From the NCBI GenBank assembly GCA_045837725.1, contig JBEWZL010000253.1, forward strand, positions 124,001 through 188,000: 64,000 nucleotides of DNA, given 5' to 3'. Shown here one piece after another: positions 13,360 to 28,751 of the stretch (positions within the stretch are counted from its first letter, which is position 1; each line of letters begins with the position of its first letter). A model generated the notes under the pieces. The model had not been told where the DNA came from. It worked only from the letters and a program-made list of their open reading frames with translations, and searched no databases. The DNA is from Vermamoeba vermiformis. Its lineage: Eukaryota. The translations under genes were made by a program, and so were the position numbers.

Positions 13360-14182
13360 ATGAGTATATTACCAATTTTGCGTATGGGCCATCCCATCTT
13401 GCGTCGTGTCGCGCAGCCCTTTACGAAAGAGGAGATCACGTCAAATAGCACCAAGGAGTTGGTTCAAAATATGATTGCTACAATGAAAAAGGCTGATGGC
13501 ATTGGTCTCGCGGCTCCTCAAGTCGGCGTTGCGAAACAGTTGGTCGTAATTCGTAAGTTATTAATAATTATTTATTTTAAAATAATCTCAGCACTCGAGA
13601 AGAGTAATTTTAATATAAGGTGCAACACATAATGTTTACCAGAATTTTTTTTAATTAATTAACGTAACCCGATCTGGATCTGCCGATCAGTGTATGTTGG
13701 ATCGTCGATTCTGACGTTGTATTCTACTTTAGACGTGCCAAAATTCGCAAAAGAGGTCGACGACTTCCCTCTTACTGTGGTATTCAACCCTAAAATCGAA
13801 TTTTTGCTTCGACACGAGAAAATCCAGATGATCGAGTCTTGTCTGTCTGTGCCGGGCTTGACAGGCAAGGTTGAACGATACAACAACTTAATTATGACAT
13901 ACGTTGACGAGAATGGTATCGAGAAGAAGCTTGGTGCCACAGGGTAAGTGTTGATTGTGCGCCCACATCCCACTATCGGCGTTGTTTAAGAGTTATCAAA
14001 GGGCTGATGCATAATAATTATTTAGTCTTCTTGCTGGCATTATTCAACACGAAACAGACCACCTCTTTGGACGATTATTCGTCGATAACATCAAACTGAA
14101 GCAAGATCTTGGTTTTGAAAAAGAATGGGAGCAGTACCGAACAGAACAGTCGCCTATGATCGGTCATATTCGCTTCTATTGA
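13360..14182 (+). CDS. def: Peptide deformylase
   Basis: Three exons carrying motif I GIGLAAPQ, motif II ESCLS and motif III QHETDH. Confidence 0.93.
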
Positions 14183-14385
14183 GCTACATGTAGCAAATAG
14201 TCGGAAAATCAAACAAAATGCTCTGTTCGGCGCCTCGGAGAAGGTTTGAGCTTTGTACGCGTACAAATCGTCTGCGAAACTCTTTTGTGAATATTAATTC
14301 GAAAATAAACTCATGTAATTAGTCATTCGCTATTACTCTTCTTTATTTTCGTCAGAGATAGATAATAGGTCTGTGTCAGCCTGTG

Positions 14386-16125
14386 TTAATCCCTTTTCAA
14401 AGTCCGTAACGTCTCCTCGAACGAGAGATGCGACACAGGAGTCATTGTTATCAATATTGTAATTCTAGAATACATGTTCTTCAAGGCACGAAGAATCTCT
14501 TCATTGGGCACTCTGACCATTGCCCTGTCTTCGCGTACATTGACCTTTCTTCCAGTAATATACCCTAAGAAGTACAAGAGACTCCAAATTTGATAGTATC
14601 CATAATTGAGAGCAGCAAAGTCGATGGCTTCAAGGCGAGGGACACAAATCTCTTTGCCGTTGACCAACAAATCAATTTCCTTTTGCGTGTGAACTTCCTT
14701 ATTCGCTCGCTTCAATTGTTCTTCGAGCAGATCTGTACTGCCAGTCTCCACCCAGTAGGGTTTGAGTACTTTATCATTAAGGTAGTTGATAACCGACCAT
14801 GAATTGAATAATCGCGGTTTAGGATCAATGCCGACAGTGTAACCGTTGTAATATTTATCGACTGCATCAATATTGTCTTCAAGCCCCTCATAAGTGAGTG
14901 CTTCAATTGCTTCACTGTGAACGATGCCAATATCAGTGCTATAGGGCGATACAGAGTGGAGAAGCGAATGAACTACAAGGTTGTCTAACCCTGAAAGATA
15001 GTCGGCCAGGGCAATGCACAATTCTCCCATCATTAGACCTTTATACAAGTGCCTGAATAATCAAAAGTAAGAACTAGAAAGATATATCATTATTTATATC
15101 TTACGGATTGTCCTTGAGTGCCCCAGTAAGGGCAACGGACATGAAACCAAACACCTCTTTAAAAAACTTATTGATGTACGCGTGATTGAATGGCTTGTCG
15201 TACTCGTCGATGAGAATAATAACCCTCTTATTGTGATAATCAATGAAGATATTCAGATAGTTTGCGCAAAGCTCCTTTGTAGTCAGCGTCGGCATCCTGA
15301 TCTAAGATTGACTTAAATTGCTTTCTTTCATGTGAACTGAGGAAGCCATTTTTGTTGAAAATATATCGGTGTTGATTGTAAGCGTCTGATACGAGCACAA
15401 TCAACTTCTTCTTCATGCCTTCCCAATTATTGTTACTGCGATCGTTGAAAGTTTGCTCGAAAGAGATGAATATCACCGGGTATTGTCCGCAACGATCTCG
15501 AATATATTGTCCTCCTTGTTCGCTCCAAATCTTGGTCTCTTTGAACATCATTTCGCGCGATGATTGAGGCTCGTTCATATCGCTAAAGTACTTCAACATG
15601 GACATGGTCGTTGTTTTGGCGAACCCGCGAGGACGTAATAAAAGAGTAACCTATTTTGAAAAATATACAATAATGAGTTATTGGTCGCTGTTTATAAATA
15701 AATATTACCGCGGCACTATCATCGAAAAAGTGTTTTAAATACAGCGTTTTATCAAAAGCGAAGAATTTTTCTTCTTTGATCTTTTTGTAGTCACTTTTAC
15801 CAATAGGATAGCGACGTAAAGGTCTGTTATCTAAATATTATATTAACCAGGCTATAAGTGATAAAGCAATCGTTCATTTGCAATTTTTATCATTACCTTT
15901 AATACTGCTGTAAGGACGAGCACCTTTGCTGACCAGTAAATAAGATGGCGAGGGGGTTTTGGGTGAACCAGTCCACAAGGAATGATGTTTTAAGCTGTTT
16001 TTCGGATCAACTGCAAAAAAGTTGTTTTAGTTTCGAAAAAGGAGTAATACTTATATAAAGAACCTGATTTTCTGGCTCTCGTATATGCATATTTCCAACA
16101 GAGAAAGTGAACAAATACGAAGCAT
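14386..16125 (-). CDS. Bacterial-type predicted AAA-ATPase (AAA-ATPase_like family), intron-containing, with frame break(s); possibly a pseudogene
   Basis: YPIGKSDYKKI...DKT, Walker A LRPRGFAKT, GQYPVIFISF, Walker B IILIDEYDKP, ALKDN, SGLDNL, YNGY, FNSWSV, YWVETG, VPNEEI. The 5' start is uncertain. Confidence 0.8.
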
Positions 16126-16577
16126 TGTGGTGGTTGTTTTCGTCGGCTGCAAAAGATACGCGCTTTTTTTTTGTTGTTGGCCTGTTGGCCAATCAGGCCA
16201 CGTTGAGATGTTGGTCCGTCCGACCCAACAACGCAATATCGAAGCTATTATGCTCTTGTTCCTTCTAGCAAGCGATCGCAATCAGTCGTGAACAATCTCG
16301 GAATAAGTGCCTTCGTTTTTCTTATCCAATCTTGTCCAAAATCTCGTCCAATCTCGTCCCGGAGTTATTCTTCGCGCTCATGGCGCCTGACACAGGCATT
16401 CCTAATATCTATCTGGCTCGTCCGTCAGTTTGAGAATGAGAATAGCGCCACAACCAAAGTTACTCCATTTCAGAATGACTGTCGTTGAAGGCTGGTTTGT
16501 AATTACTAGTTAGTGCCATACCGGTATGAGTAGATCCGTTTCGAGCTCCAATTAAACCGAGATTGCAGCGAGATTAA

Positions 16578-18281
<1,704 letters not shown>

Positions 18282-18803
18282 TATAGTCAGATGCGCTTAA
18301 AACAAACAGGCGAATCTGAGCCAAATTATATATTTTATTAATAATTTAATTGATTTTGTGCTATTTTAAGTTTTAATTCAACAAAGCAAACAAGGACTTG
18401 TAGTCTTGGTTCTGTTGTTCTTCAACAGATCTGCTTTAACCGATCTTGTAACATAGTGTCCAAAGGAAATAAAATTGATCTTGATCATGCTATAAATACT
18501 AAGTAATACTAAGTCCACGACAAAGGCAAGAGGAAGCTACAGTAGATGTTTCTTTCAGCAGATTTGTACCAAGCAGATCAAGATTCGTCGAGTATGTTCT
18601 GGTCATTGATCCCCTCGATATCTCGACTATTATAAACAGTGGTATAAACCGGAGTCATACTGCAGGTAGCTCCGCACGAGATTATTTAGCTCAACAAACC
18701 ATTAAAAAAAACCGTTGGTACGGACCAGTGCGTTTAAAGCTGCTGCCAGCGAGAACACTAGTTGCACCATATTCATCAAGTACATCTCCTATAACGTTCA
18801 GTC

Positions 18804-21800
18804 ATGGCGGACAAAGGAGGTAGTGCTTTGCGAATCTCAGCACAGCGAGAACCCATTGCTCACTACCCTACTGGGCCTGATAGCTCACCACGCGTAGCCC
18901 CGCGAAGAAATAGCTCAACTTCTGTAAGTAAAGATCATAGCTATTTGTTTGGGTACAACACCAGATTTGCTCACACAAATTTCGAATCTACCATTATTAA
19001 AGCAAATTGACTTGAACTCACAATGCATGCCGATAGTGACTTTAATTTTGTGATTTCATCGCACGGATATTTTTAATTTTTAAACTGCTACCGGCCAAAA
19101 ACTCAATTTTCACAATTGTATTTTAAACCAAGAACCACGCATGTAACATAATTGTATTTATTATTTAAATAATAGGATATGTCGAGTAATAAAGTCATAA
19201 GCAAAGACAAAGAGATAGAGAAGAAAAACAAGGACAAAGACAAAAATAAAAATAAATCCAATGGCAAACCCAAGCATTTAAGCGCACCAAAGAAAAAAGG
19301 CAGCGATGACTCTGGAACTCCTAAAGAACGAAGGGTACGTATTTAATAGAAGTTTGCTATTATACCAATATTAAATTGTATTTCTGTTTGATTCGCAATC
19401 TGCTTGGCACGTTATTCAATTTATTTTGACGGCTCACAATGAAATCGCTGTTATTTAAATTAAGAATAATTCGTTTTGCTGGTTTTCTTTACTTTATTGC
19501 TGACAGCCCTAACGAAATCCATTCTTTTGGCAATTAAATTCCGATTAGTAGCCTAATTTTAACGACAACATTACTATAATCCAATATATTATGTATTGTT
19601 GGTCGATTAATGTGCGTAATTACTTGACGAGACGGATTTCGAGATGCAGCCGTTGCGATCAAACGAACTTTTTTCCGCGCTGCGTTCAATTTCGTGTCTT
19701 AATTAACCGACGTCAAGTACTAGCATACGCAATAATGTTATAATAGCTTTACTTTAATCGGCCCTCACGTATGCAGAGTATTTTATTTGTATTGCGCAAT
19801 CCGTTACTTTTTGGGCGTCGGTTTCAACTCAATAATTGTCACTATTACATAATCATTTTGATGCATATTCAAGCTTTATCGACCTAATTTTCGAGGCGCA
19901 CGCCTCCAAATCTAGGTACATTTACGCGCCCTTTTATTGATTTCGTTGCCAAGCATAATTACGAATTAAATATGAATATTCCACTCATAATCAATTGTGA
20001 CGTATTATATGAACCTAACGCCTTTGTATTATTCAGAAAATTATTGCCGATAACTTTTCAGAGCTACCAGAGGACATCAAGAAGCGCGTACGCGATGCAA
20101 AGCTGGAAGAGGAAGCAGTCAACAAACACTTCCCAGTATTGTTGAGCGTATTGCACTTTTTGACTAAAGATTCCTATCAAATGCGCGAAGAAGTGCCCGT
20201 TAAGAAAGATCACGCGCCTTACGCTACAGAACAGACTATGGATACAGCTAGTACGTAACTATGCTACAATATGCCTGTTTGTGACATACAATTCACACAG
20301 ACAGCTTTAATTACTGATTCAGAAAAAAATTACTGATTCTGGATCTTGATTGAATTTGATTTGCCGTTAAAATTTTTAATTACTATTTATGTATTTCTGT
20401 TGGATTTTAGTCTTATTTTATATCCACATTATTACGTAGATTTTAATCAGAGTGTACTAATTAATTAATTCGCCACAAGCTGAATTTCCTATTCGGTCCT
20501 ATCGATAAAAATAACTCTTATTAATTTACTTATCATTAGAGCGAATATGCAAGGTTTCAGAAAAGGGCGAGAAGGAGATGAAAAAGATATACAAGAATAT
20601 GACTATGTCCGGCAAAGGTGGATTTGGTCGCGTGTATTACGGACGAGAGATCTCCTCACCGAAGCGAAAAGTTGCCATTAAGAAAGTACCTCATGGTAAG
20701 TATTCTTACGCACTACGGAAAAAAACCTCTCCGTAATATCACGGGTTAATTTTTTCGCTGTCCGATCGCTTGGCAGATCTCGTCAATTAGTACTCTTAGA
20801 CATTTCTATTGTAGCAAAATTTTTAATCTCGATTACATTGCACTTACAAAGAGCAAATTTGCGTTAATATCCCAATTATCTGACCTTAATGATCGACAAG
20901 ATAATCTTAAGTTGGCAGCCAAATTTTCAGTTACCTTCAGTGAATTATCTCTTGCAAGACAATTCATTTCGATTACTAACGGTCATATTTCCTATTATAG
21001 AAACAGAAAAGCAAAAGAGAGACAATTGGAGCGAGATCGGCTTTTTACAACGCTGCAATCATCCGAACATTGTCAAATTCTACGACGCGTACGACATGGG
21101 CTCAGAGATGTGGATAGTGACTGAATTCCTCGAAGGAGGCACGCTCTCTGAGGCCGCCAATCGTCATCAGTTCAGCGAGCAACACATCGGCTACATTGCG
21201 CGAGAAATGTTGAAGGCGTTGACGTACTTGCACAACAACAAGATGGTGCACCGCGACTTGAAATCAGCGAATGTGATGATGTCTATTGACACAGAGATCA
21301 AATTGATCGATTTTGGGCTGTGTTGCGAACTCGTCAATGGAGAGCGGTTGCAAATGTTGGGCTCGCCTTACTGGATGCCACCCGAGATGATCCAACGCAA
21401 ACATCATGGCTACCCGGTAAGAACGACAATTCAATCGCTAAATATAGACTTGCCTCGGTCATTCAGCTGCGATCGCGCTCGAAAGACCGTTACTCGCGAT
21501 ATCAAAATATTTTCTTTAAAGGGACGCTTCGCAGGAGATCCAAGAAATGCATTAGTAGCGGGATCGTACGGGGGGACCCCGACTCATATTTCTCCCGGGC
21601 CGCAGCCAGACCACGCTGAGAACCAACGCGGCACGATTACTAGCGATCACATGTTGATTTCGAACGGCGTATTTTTAAAATATATAATAGTAGTAAGGAT
21701 TATCGAGCGCACTAGGGAAAGGCCGAAACATTTGCACGAAAGAAAAGGCCCGTAAAAATCACAATGATTTTTTTGGGGCTACGTCCCTTTAAACTCAATT

Positions 21801-22176
21801 GTACTAATTGATTTTCAGCCTGATTTTATATTATACTCGAGTACGTAACTAACGACAATATTACCAGGCTGATATTTGGAGTTTTGCCGTATGTCTTTTG
21901 GAGATGTACCTTCGTCACCCACCAAATATCAAGAACAACCTCTTTGCCATGTTCACTGCAGGCACTGTTGGTCTTCAAGACTGCATCCCCTCTACTGCCT
22001 CGGCCAATGCTCGCGACTTTTTGACTCGCAGCTTGGAACTGGATCCAGCCAAGCGAGCGACCGCTGCGGAATTGTTGCAGCATCCGTTCGTGACCCAACC
22101 AAAATTGGAAGAGGGCATCAAGGACGTGCTTCGAGATATATTCATTTCGGCCAACTTGGATATGTCCGGCATCTAA
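18804..22176 (+). CDS. STE20/PAK-like Ser/Thr kinase
   Basis: GKGGFG, VAIKK, EFLEGGTL, HRDLKSAN, DFG, GSPYWMPPE, DIWS and RATAAELLQHPF across spliced exons. Confidence 0.9.
21520..21788. mobile_element. Putative non-autonomous DNA transposon (MITE, Kolobok-like) in a kinase intron
   Basis: TTAA|AGGGACG ... CGTCCCT|TTAA: TTAA on both sides and a 7-bp terminal inverted repeat starting with two purines. Confidence 0.5.
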
Positions 22177-22306
22177 TCACTCGTATAATAGTATTTTTTT
22201 GCAATTTTTTTGGATTCAGGAAAAAAAGCCTGGTCCAAAACGGCCAAACAAACTTGTTTTTATTCTCTTTGTCTTAATATTAAATAAACCACTAATAAGC
22301 CTCAAC

Positions 22307-23461
22307 ATGTCTCGCAAGTGGACGTTTGATTTGAACAGACAACAAACTTCGCGTGTTGAAGCTTTGAAGCCGATCGGCGACGTGCGCACTTCCAACAATT
22401 TGTCCGAGGTAATTTATTAATACATACCATATAGTTAACATTTTAATGCGCATGGTTACACGATCATCGCTGCTAGAACAAAACGATAACATTTCAAACG
22501 TGTAATTATTAAAATCTCCAAAATTGCCCATTGTAATGAAAATTATAACCGTAATATAACCGGCAATATGTGAGCAATATAAAACGCATTTGAATATAAA
22601 TAATAATTTTAAAAAAATTGACGTGGCTACTTCAACGCTTTATAAGCTACAAATAGCATCTATTGCGCATCATATAATCAATAATTTCTCATGATATTAT
22701 TGTAGGTGATATCTGGCAAAAATGCAGGTCGTAAGCCGGATCAAACACAACTCAAAACACAGGTAAGATCCAACGTGACTGCAATCAGTTTGCACTAACA
22801 CTTCGTCCTCAATGAATATAGAAAGCTTGGGAACTCGCAAAATCACCGTTGAAATCGATCTTCATGGTCGCGCTGATGATGTGGATGACACCCAACACCC
22901 CGAACTTGATCCCGCTCAGTATCACCATCTACTCGATGATGACGCCTATTACTGCTATTTTCAGAGTTAACACGGGTACGTAACAATAATTTTCCGTGCG
23001 AATACTCTTGCAACTGCAGCACCGCATGGTGACAGCTACGCTAAAGTAGCTCCTCTCAAATTTCACACACGCACAAATATTATTTACAAATACTTTTACT
23101 CATATGTATGAGTCTCTATAATATCCTATTAAGAAGCAATATGATATTTTTGTTGTACTGAATGTGCGTGCTGGTCTAACACGGTTGAATTGTTACAGCA
23201 TTCGCCCAGTTCTCAGACGAACACAACTCGATGAGCCTGTTGCCCGCTAAGATCGTGTACATATTCAGCAACTTGCTCGTGTTGGCAGTGTGCATGTACA
23301 AAGTGGCCAAGTTTGGTCTGTTGCCCACCACGCGCGCTGATTGGATCACATTCCACCCCGTCAGAACTGTACGTGTGCTTGGTTCTTTTTCACTACAAGT
23401 ATTGATAACTAACTTCCGATTACAGACCGAGGACTTTTCATCGGGTGGCGAACAGTTTTGA
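22307..23461 (+). CDS. EMC4: ER membrane protein complex subunit 4
   Basis: KAWELAKSPLKSIFMVALMMWM, and MYKVAKFGLLPTTRADW. Confidence 0.9.
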
Positions 23462-23756
23462 AGTTGTAAATAGGAGTTGTTGAACGAAACAATAAATAGT
23501 TCGCAGATTCGATCGCGATCCAGCTTGCGTGACCACGATGAAAGAACAATACCTCTTTTCTTTCAGTTATTAAAGTCTGCTCGTAGTTTGGTGGTTGCCT
23601 AGGGTTCGCCTGCTTGTCCTCGACCGGCCAACAAGCACGTGGCAGAAAGCTCCGTTACTTTTTTTTCTTGCGATCGGCTGCTTTCATTTTGTTGCCGACC
23701 AATCAATTGAATACTTCAATAGTCACTCAGGAGTATTATAACACAACCAAGCAAAA

Positions 23757-23891
23757 ATGATCTACGTTTGTGGTGAATGCGGAGCTGACAACGACATTAA
23801 GCCGAAGGACCCTATTCGTTGCCGCACCTGTGGTTACAGAATTTTGTATAAGAAGAGACCAAAGAGATTAGTCCAATTCGAAGCTCGTTAA
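23757..23891 (+). CDS. RPB12: RNA polymerase I/II/III shared subunit RPABC4 (44 aa, below the ORF-track cutoff)
   Basis: [44 protein letters not shown]. Confidence 0.95.
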   Translation: MIYVCGECGADNDIKPKDPIRCRTCGYRILYKKRPKRLVQFEAR

Positions 23892-24298
23892 GTGCGAACA
23901 ATTTACACCAGATTTGGATTTTGTTAATAATACCAAAATTAATCAAAACACTTCGTTAGCATAAAAAAATACAAAAATGTTATAGAAGAATTTGGTTAAT
24001 ATTTTTTGTACAAAAAAAACTCGAAAAATAAAATATTTGGGTCGCATCACGGCCCGTTACAAAGATCGGTCTTGTTTCCTGCAAAAAAGGGTGATTCAAT
24101 ACATCTACTAGCTACAATCTATTAAAACATGTCCTATTATCGTTGACATGTCGCCTGCCTCGCTTTCTGGCCGCTCGAACAGCTTCAGCTAACACGAAGA
24201 GTTTCGGCGATCGCATTTTTAAACAGTTCAGTTACTGACAATACAATGTATCAACGGCACATCCATATATATTGATTGAGTACAGACGCACAAACACG

Positions 24299-26802
24299 AT
24301 GATTAATACGATTAGCTCAAAAAAGAAAAGACAAAAGAAGATCGAAGAGGATCCAAACCTTTGTAAGTTATTTTCAGTTTAACATTGCGTTATAATATAG
24401 AAAATATTTGTCAAGGAATTATAATACATCATGCCGGCGCTCTTAATGAGCTTTACCGTGGGATCTGTCTTTAAGTAGAATTCTGTTACAAGTCCTGCAA
24501 TTAATTGAATTGATTTTTAATATATTAATATATTTTATGCTACGCTATAATTATTCTTGGCGGGCCACATTTGATTTACGAAATCACTTCATAATTCTTC
24601 AAACGGACGTGCCCGTCGCTATTTTAACAATAATAACAATCAAATAATTAATAATAGATAAATGACATATTATTTTTCGCTATGGCGCTTCATCAATCAT
24701 CGTTTTTGGAATTCAATTTCGGGTTTGATTGATGACATGCATGTCGTTACACTACTAATGCAGTGCTTATAGTCCCCTTCAAAATTATCAAACCTGTCGG
24801 TGATGTAGCACCGCACGAGGTGTACGGTCATTCAGCAGTGATTGATGGACACAAAATGTACGTCTTTGGCGGATGTGACAAGACTGGCAAGTTCAACAAC
24901 GATTTGCTCGTCTATAATTTCGGTAAGTAATATAAATTGAGAATTCAAAAGGAGTGGTGTCGTTTGTTGTCGTGCCAATCAACGTCGACAGTCACTTTGA
25001 CACAATGCCAGTGCTGTACAGTCACGTGACACTGACCGCTCTCGACAGACAAGCTCAAGTGGAAGGTGGTCGCAGTGGAGGGCACACCACCCAAGGGCCG
25101 GCACTTCCACGCGTGTGTGCTGTACAACAACGGCCTGTACGTGTTTGGCGGCAAGAGCAATGGCTACATGAATGACTTGCACTGCCTGGATCTCAGTACG
25201 CGCACGACATTACTCGTTGATATTTATACTCACACTTCGCGCTGCAGAGACCAACACGTGGACACAACAAGAGTATCACTCGGGCAAACCTCCTTCGAAG
25301 CGTTACGGCCACTCAGCCGTGGTCTACAGCAACTGCATGTACGTGTTTGGCGGCTACGATGATTTTGGCTACAAATCCAACGAGCTCTACGAATACAGAT
25401 TCGGTAAGACTACCTTCAAGCACGCTATTGTGATTGTGAAATTGACACGTGCATCGCGTACAGACAGTCACGAGTGGCGGAAAATTGAAGCCTTCGGAGC
25501 AATGAACGAGAAATTTCATCACGCAGCTGTGGTGTACGGCAACTCAATGTATATTTTTGGCGGCAACGACGGCTCAAACGTGCTGATGGAGTATCGATTC
25601 GGCACACGCACATGGGCCAAAGTGCTGACGGTGGGCAAACCCCCTGACGGTCGATGGGGCCACTCCGCACTCGTGTACGGCAAGAAGATGTACATCTGCG
25701 GGGGCTGCGACAATGTAATCAACTTCAAGGACATGCACAAGTTTGATTTTGGTACGGCAATGTGTTGCATGTGAAGCACTTATTGAGGACTAACGACGCG
25801 TGGCAGAGAAGTGCAAGTGGTCCAAAGCACCGTGCAGTGGATTTGAGCCGCGATATTTCCACTCGGGCGTCATTTACAACAACAAGTTTTATTACCTCGC
25901 GGGCAAGAACATTCACAACTACTGCTTCAACGAGCTGTATCAATATAATATAGGTGCGTTGGGCTAATCTGAAAATATCTCGGCAACGTGCTAATTTTTT
26001 CACGCCCAGATGTTTACTCCGAAATGCGTCCTGATAAGTATTTGGACAGTAAGTGCTACCGCGCAGTGTGCCATAGATGTCGAGTACTAATGTCCAAATA
26101 TAGGCATGAGAAATCTGGTGGACAATCAAGAATTCTCCGACATTGTATTTATATTCCCCGAAGAAGACAAAAAAATTTACGCACACAAAGGCATATTAGA
26201 CGCACGATGCGATGGATTTCACGCACTACTAAGGTATGTCGATAATGTATTATACTGATCGATGTGCTTATGCGTGGTGAGCAGATCTGGCATGAAGGAA
26301 GCGATCGAAGGCAAAATAGAAATTAAAGACGTGCAATATATTATTTTCAAAGCACTGCTCGAATACATTTATACCAATCAATTGCCGCGACTAAAGCCAG
26401 CTGTAAGTATCAACTAGCTCACCTACCACCAGATCTGACAGCCTCTCGACAGGACACGTTAGATCTGCTCAAGCTCGCCGATCGATACATGTTAGAACAC
26501 TTGAAGAGCCTCTGTGAACGATATTTGAAGAAGTACATCGACATTGAGAACTTCACCTTGTTGTTCGACGTGAGTATTAGTGATTTAAACAAATAAGGCA
26601 AGTTAGTGTTTAACGACGTGCCATGCCACAGGTCGCGGAGAAATACAAAGCACCAGAACTGCGGAACTTTTGCGTCAAATACTGCGTCAAATATTACGAT
26701 GTGCTGAAGAAAGAGAAAAAACTGACGGTCGGATCTCCTTTGGAAATTGAAGTGACGGCGATATTTGAAAGCAACAAAATGAATTATACGCCCACCATGT
26801 AA
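24299..26802 (+). CDS. Kelch-repeat + BTB/POZ protein (LZTR1-like architecture)
   Basis: Repeated HSAV...MYVFGG Kelch blades, then BTB FSDIVF...IYAHKGILDARC, FKALLEYIYT and LADRYMLEHLKSLCE. Confidence 0.88.
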
Positions 26803-27054
26803 TAAACAAGCATTATACTTGCTGGCTGGTACGTTAATCAACCACATCCAACGATTCAGACTTTGGTGCTTAATTTAGACTGCACCTTTAAATCATACGT
26901 GAAGTGATGCCCATTGATAGCGGCTGATTATATAAGGGCAATCATGTCTATAGTACTTCGATACTAAGTTCAGAATCGTTGCAAAAACCGTTGAAAATCC
27001 GAAACACGGTTAAATTCGATGTCAGCTCGAGTATCATTGTTAGTTTGTTTTGCC

Positions 27055-28507
27055 ATGAACACAGCATATTATTTCAAGGTATTATTCAGCATAGCGCTGG
27101 TCACTTTTGTTAGTATAGTGTATGTGACAGGCAGAAATGCGGATTTGCAGTGCCAGTGTTCAGATGTTCAGCAAAACGATAGCACGGCAATTAATAACAG
27201 TAATAATATTATATCCATAATTGATACGGACCAAGACCATGAGTATTTTGTGGTAATTGGAATTCCAACGCCATCTACCACCACAGAGCGGCGGATGCAG
27301 ATCAGAATGACGTATATGAATAAATACTCGGAGGTTTATTGCCCCTATTGTTCAACACAGCGTCCAAAGCCCAAGGTAATTATGACACTTTATGACACGT
27401 CTAAAAAATTAATACTGCCGCCAACAAAGCCAATATTATTTAAATTTAAATTATTTATATTTAAATATATAGGTGCGCGTATTATTTTTTGTTGGTAAAG
27501 TGAAAGAAGGATTGGAATTAATACAAGCTGAACAAAGAATGTTTGGTGACATTGTGTTCCTGAACGTGGCTGAAGCAATGAACGAAGGCAAGACGTATGA
27601 AATGTTATCATGGATCACAAAGCATATGAAAGCACGCTATGTGATGAAAGCAGATGATGACAGCTTCGTTGTGATTCCAAATCTGCTCAAACGATTGGAA
27701 CATTACAGCAAACAGCTTAATAGTACGTTATTTCGTTAATAATGCACAAGTACGCTTTCTACATTCTTATATTAACTCCCTCTACTGAAGATGGTCACCT
27801 CTATTACGGATTCTCAATCTTTGAAAAGCCAACGACTCGCAACGTGTTCATGGCTGGCATGGGGTACGATTATCTTGATTAATGTTCGACTTATTAACGT
27901 AACATGAGTATAGTTACGTATTGGACTTTCCTTTAACGAAAATGCTGGTTGACCATCCTACGAAGATGATCCGCGGCCCTGAAGACATCAAAGTCAGTCA
28001 CTGGGTGCATCGAGCCATGTCTGAAGGTAATAATAATCATCTGAGCCTTATTTGGTTATTAGAGAGTTTATTCGGCATTTGAGAAAAACAATTAAGAAGA
28101 ATTCAAGGGGGCAACTTTGACTATTATTTTCGACACTCGATTAACTCTCGTATATGTGTCTAGGTGCCAATGTCGTTCAGATCGGCAACACACGTCACTT
28201 CCACGACACACCACATTACAGCGGCATTGTGTCGTGGGAGTACAACTGTCACGATGTACTGCTGCACCAAGTCAAAACAACTTTCTTGTGGAACGAAGCA
28301 GCCAACTACTATCTCAACTGCTGTGGTGTGGATGAGCAGAGTGCTGCACAACATCCCATTTGCACCACAAAGATTGTCAGCAACACGCTCTGCAACAATA
28401 ATGCAACACGTGGCATTGACTGCTATCACTTGAAGCTGCACACCTTGAAGACTTTTGAGGTGCCGAAGAATGAAGTGTTCATACACGATGATGAACTGGA
28501 GCTCTGA
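27055..28507 (+). CDS. GT31 beta-1,3-galactosyltransferase-like type II membrane protein, copy 1
   Basis: N-terminal TM, RRMQIRMTY, EQRMFGDIV, MKADDDSFV, FMAGMGY, PEDI. Confidence 0.88.
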
Positions 28508-28751
28508 GCGCAACTAGCGAATGTAAATAAATCACTCGAATCAGATCCGGAGTATGTTCCGACTATTTATGGCAACTGCAATAGATGCAGGTATTCTTTA
28601 ACTATTCCCATTAAGCTAGTGTTACGTTCTCCCGCAGAATGTAATTCTGACGTATCTGCCTATTTTCCTTAATTAAATTGTACCATCGGTTTTTTGTACC
28701 GGAAATGAATTGAAACCGTTTCTCGCTCATCATTATTTTATTTATTCTAAA

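Noticed and set aside
21700-21745. GGCCGAAAC as a possible hammerhead ribozyme core
   Set aside because: No CTGANGA partner motif with suitable stems.
24246-24275. Short upstream ORF before the Kelch-BTB start
   Set aside because: May lie upstream of the TSS; no evidence of function.
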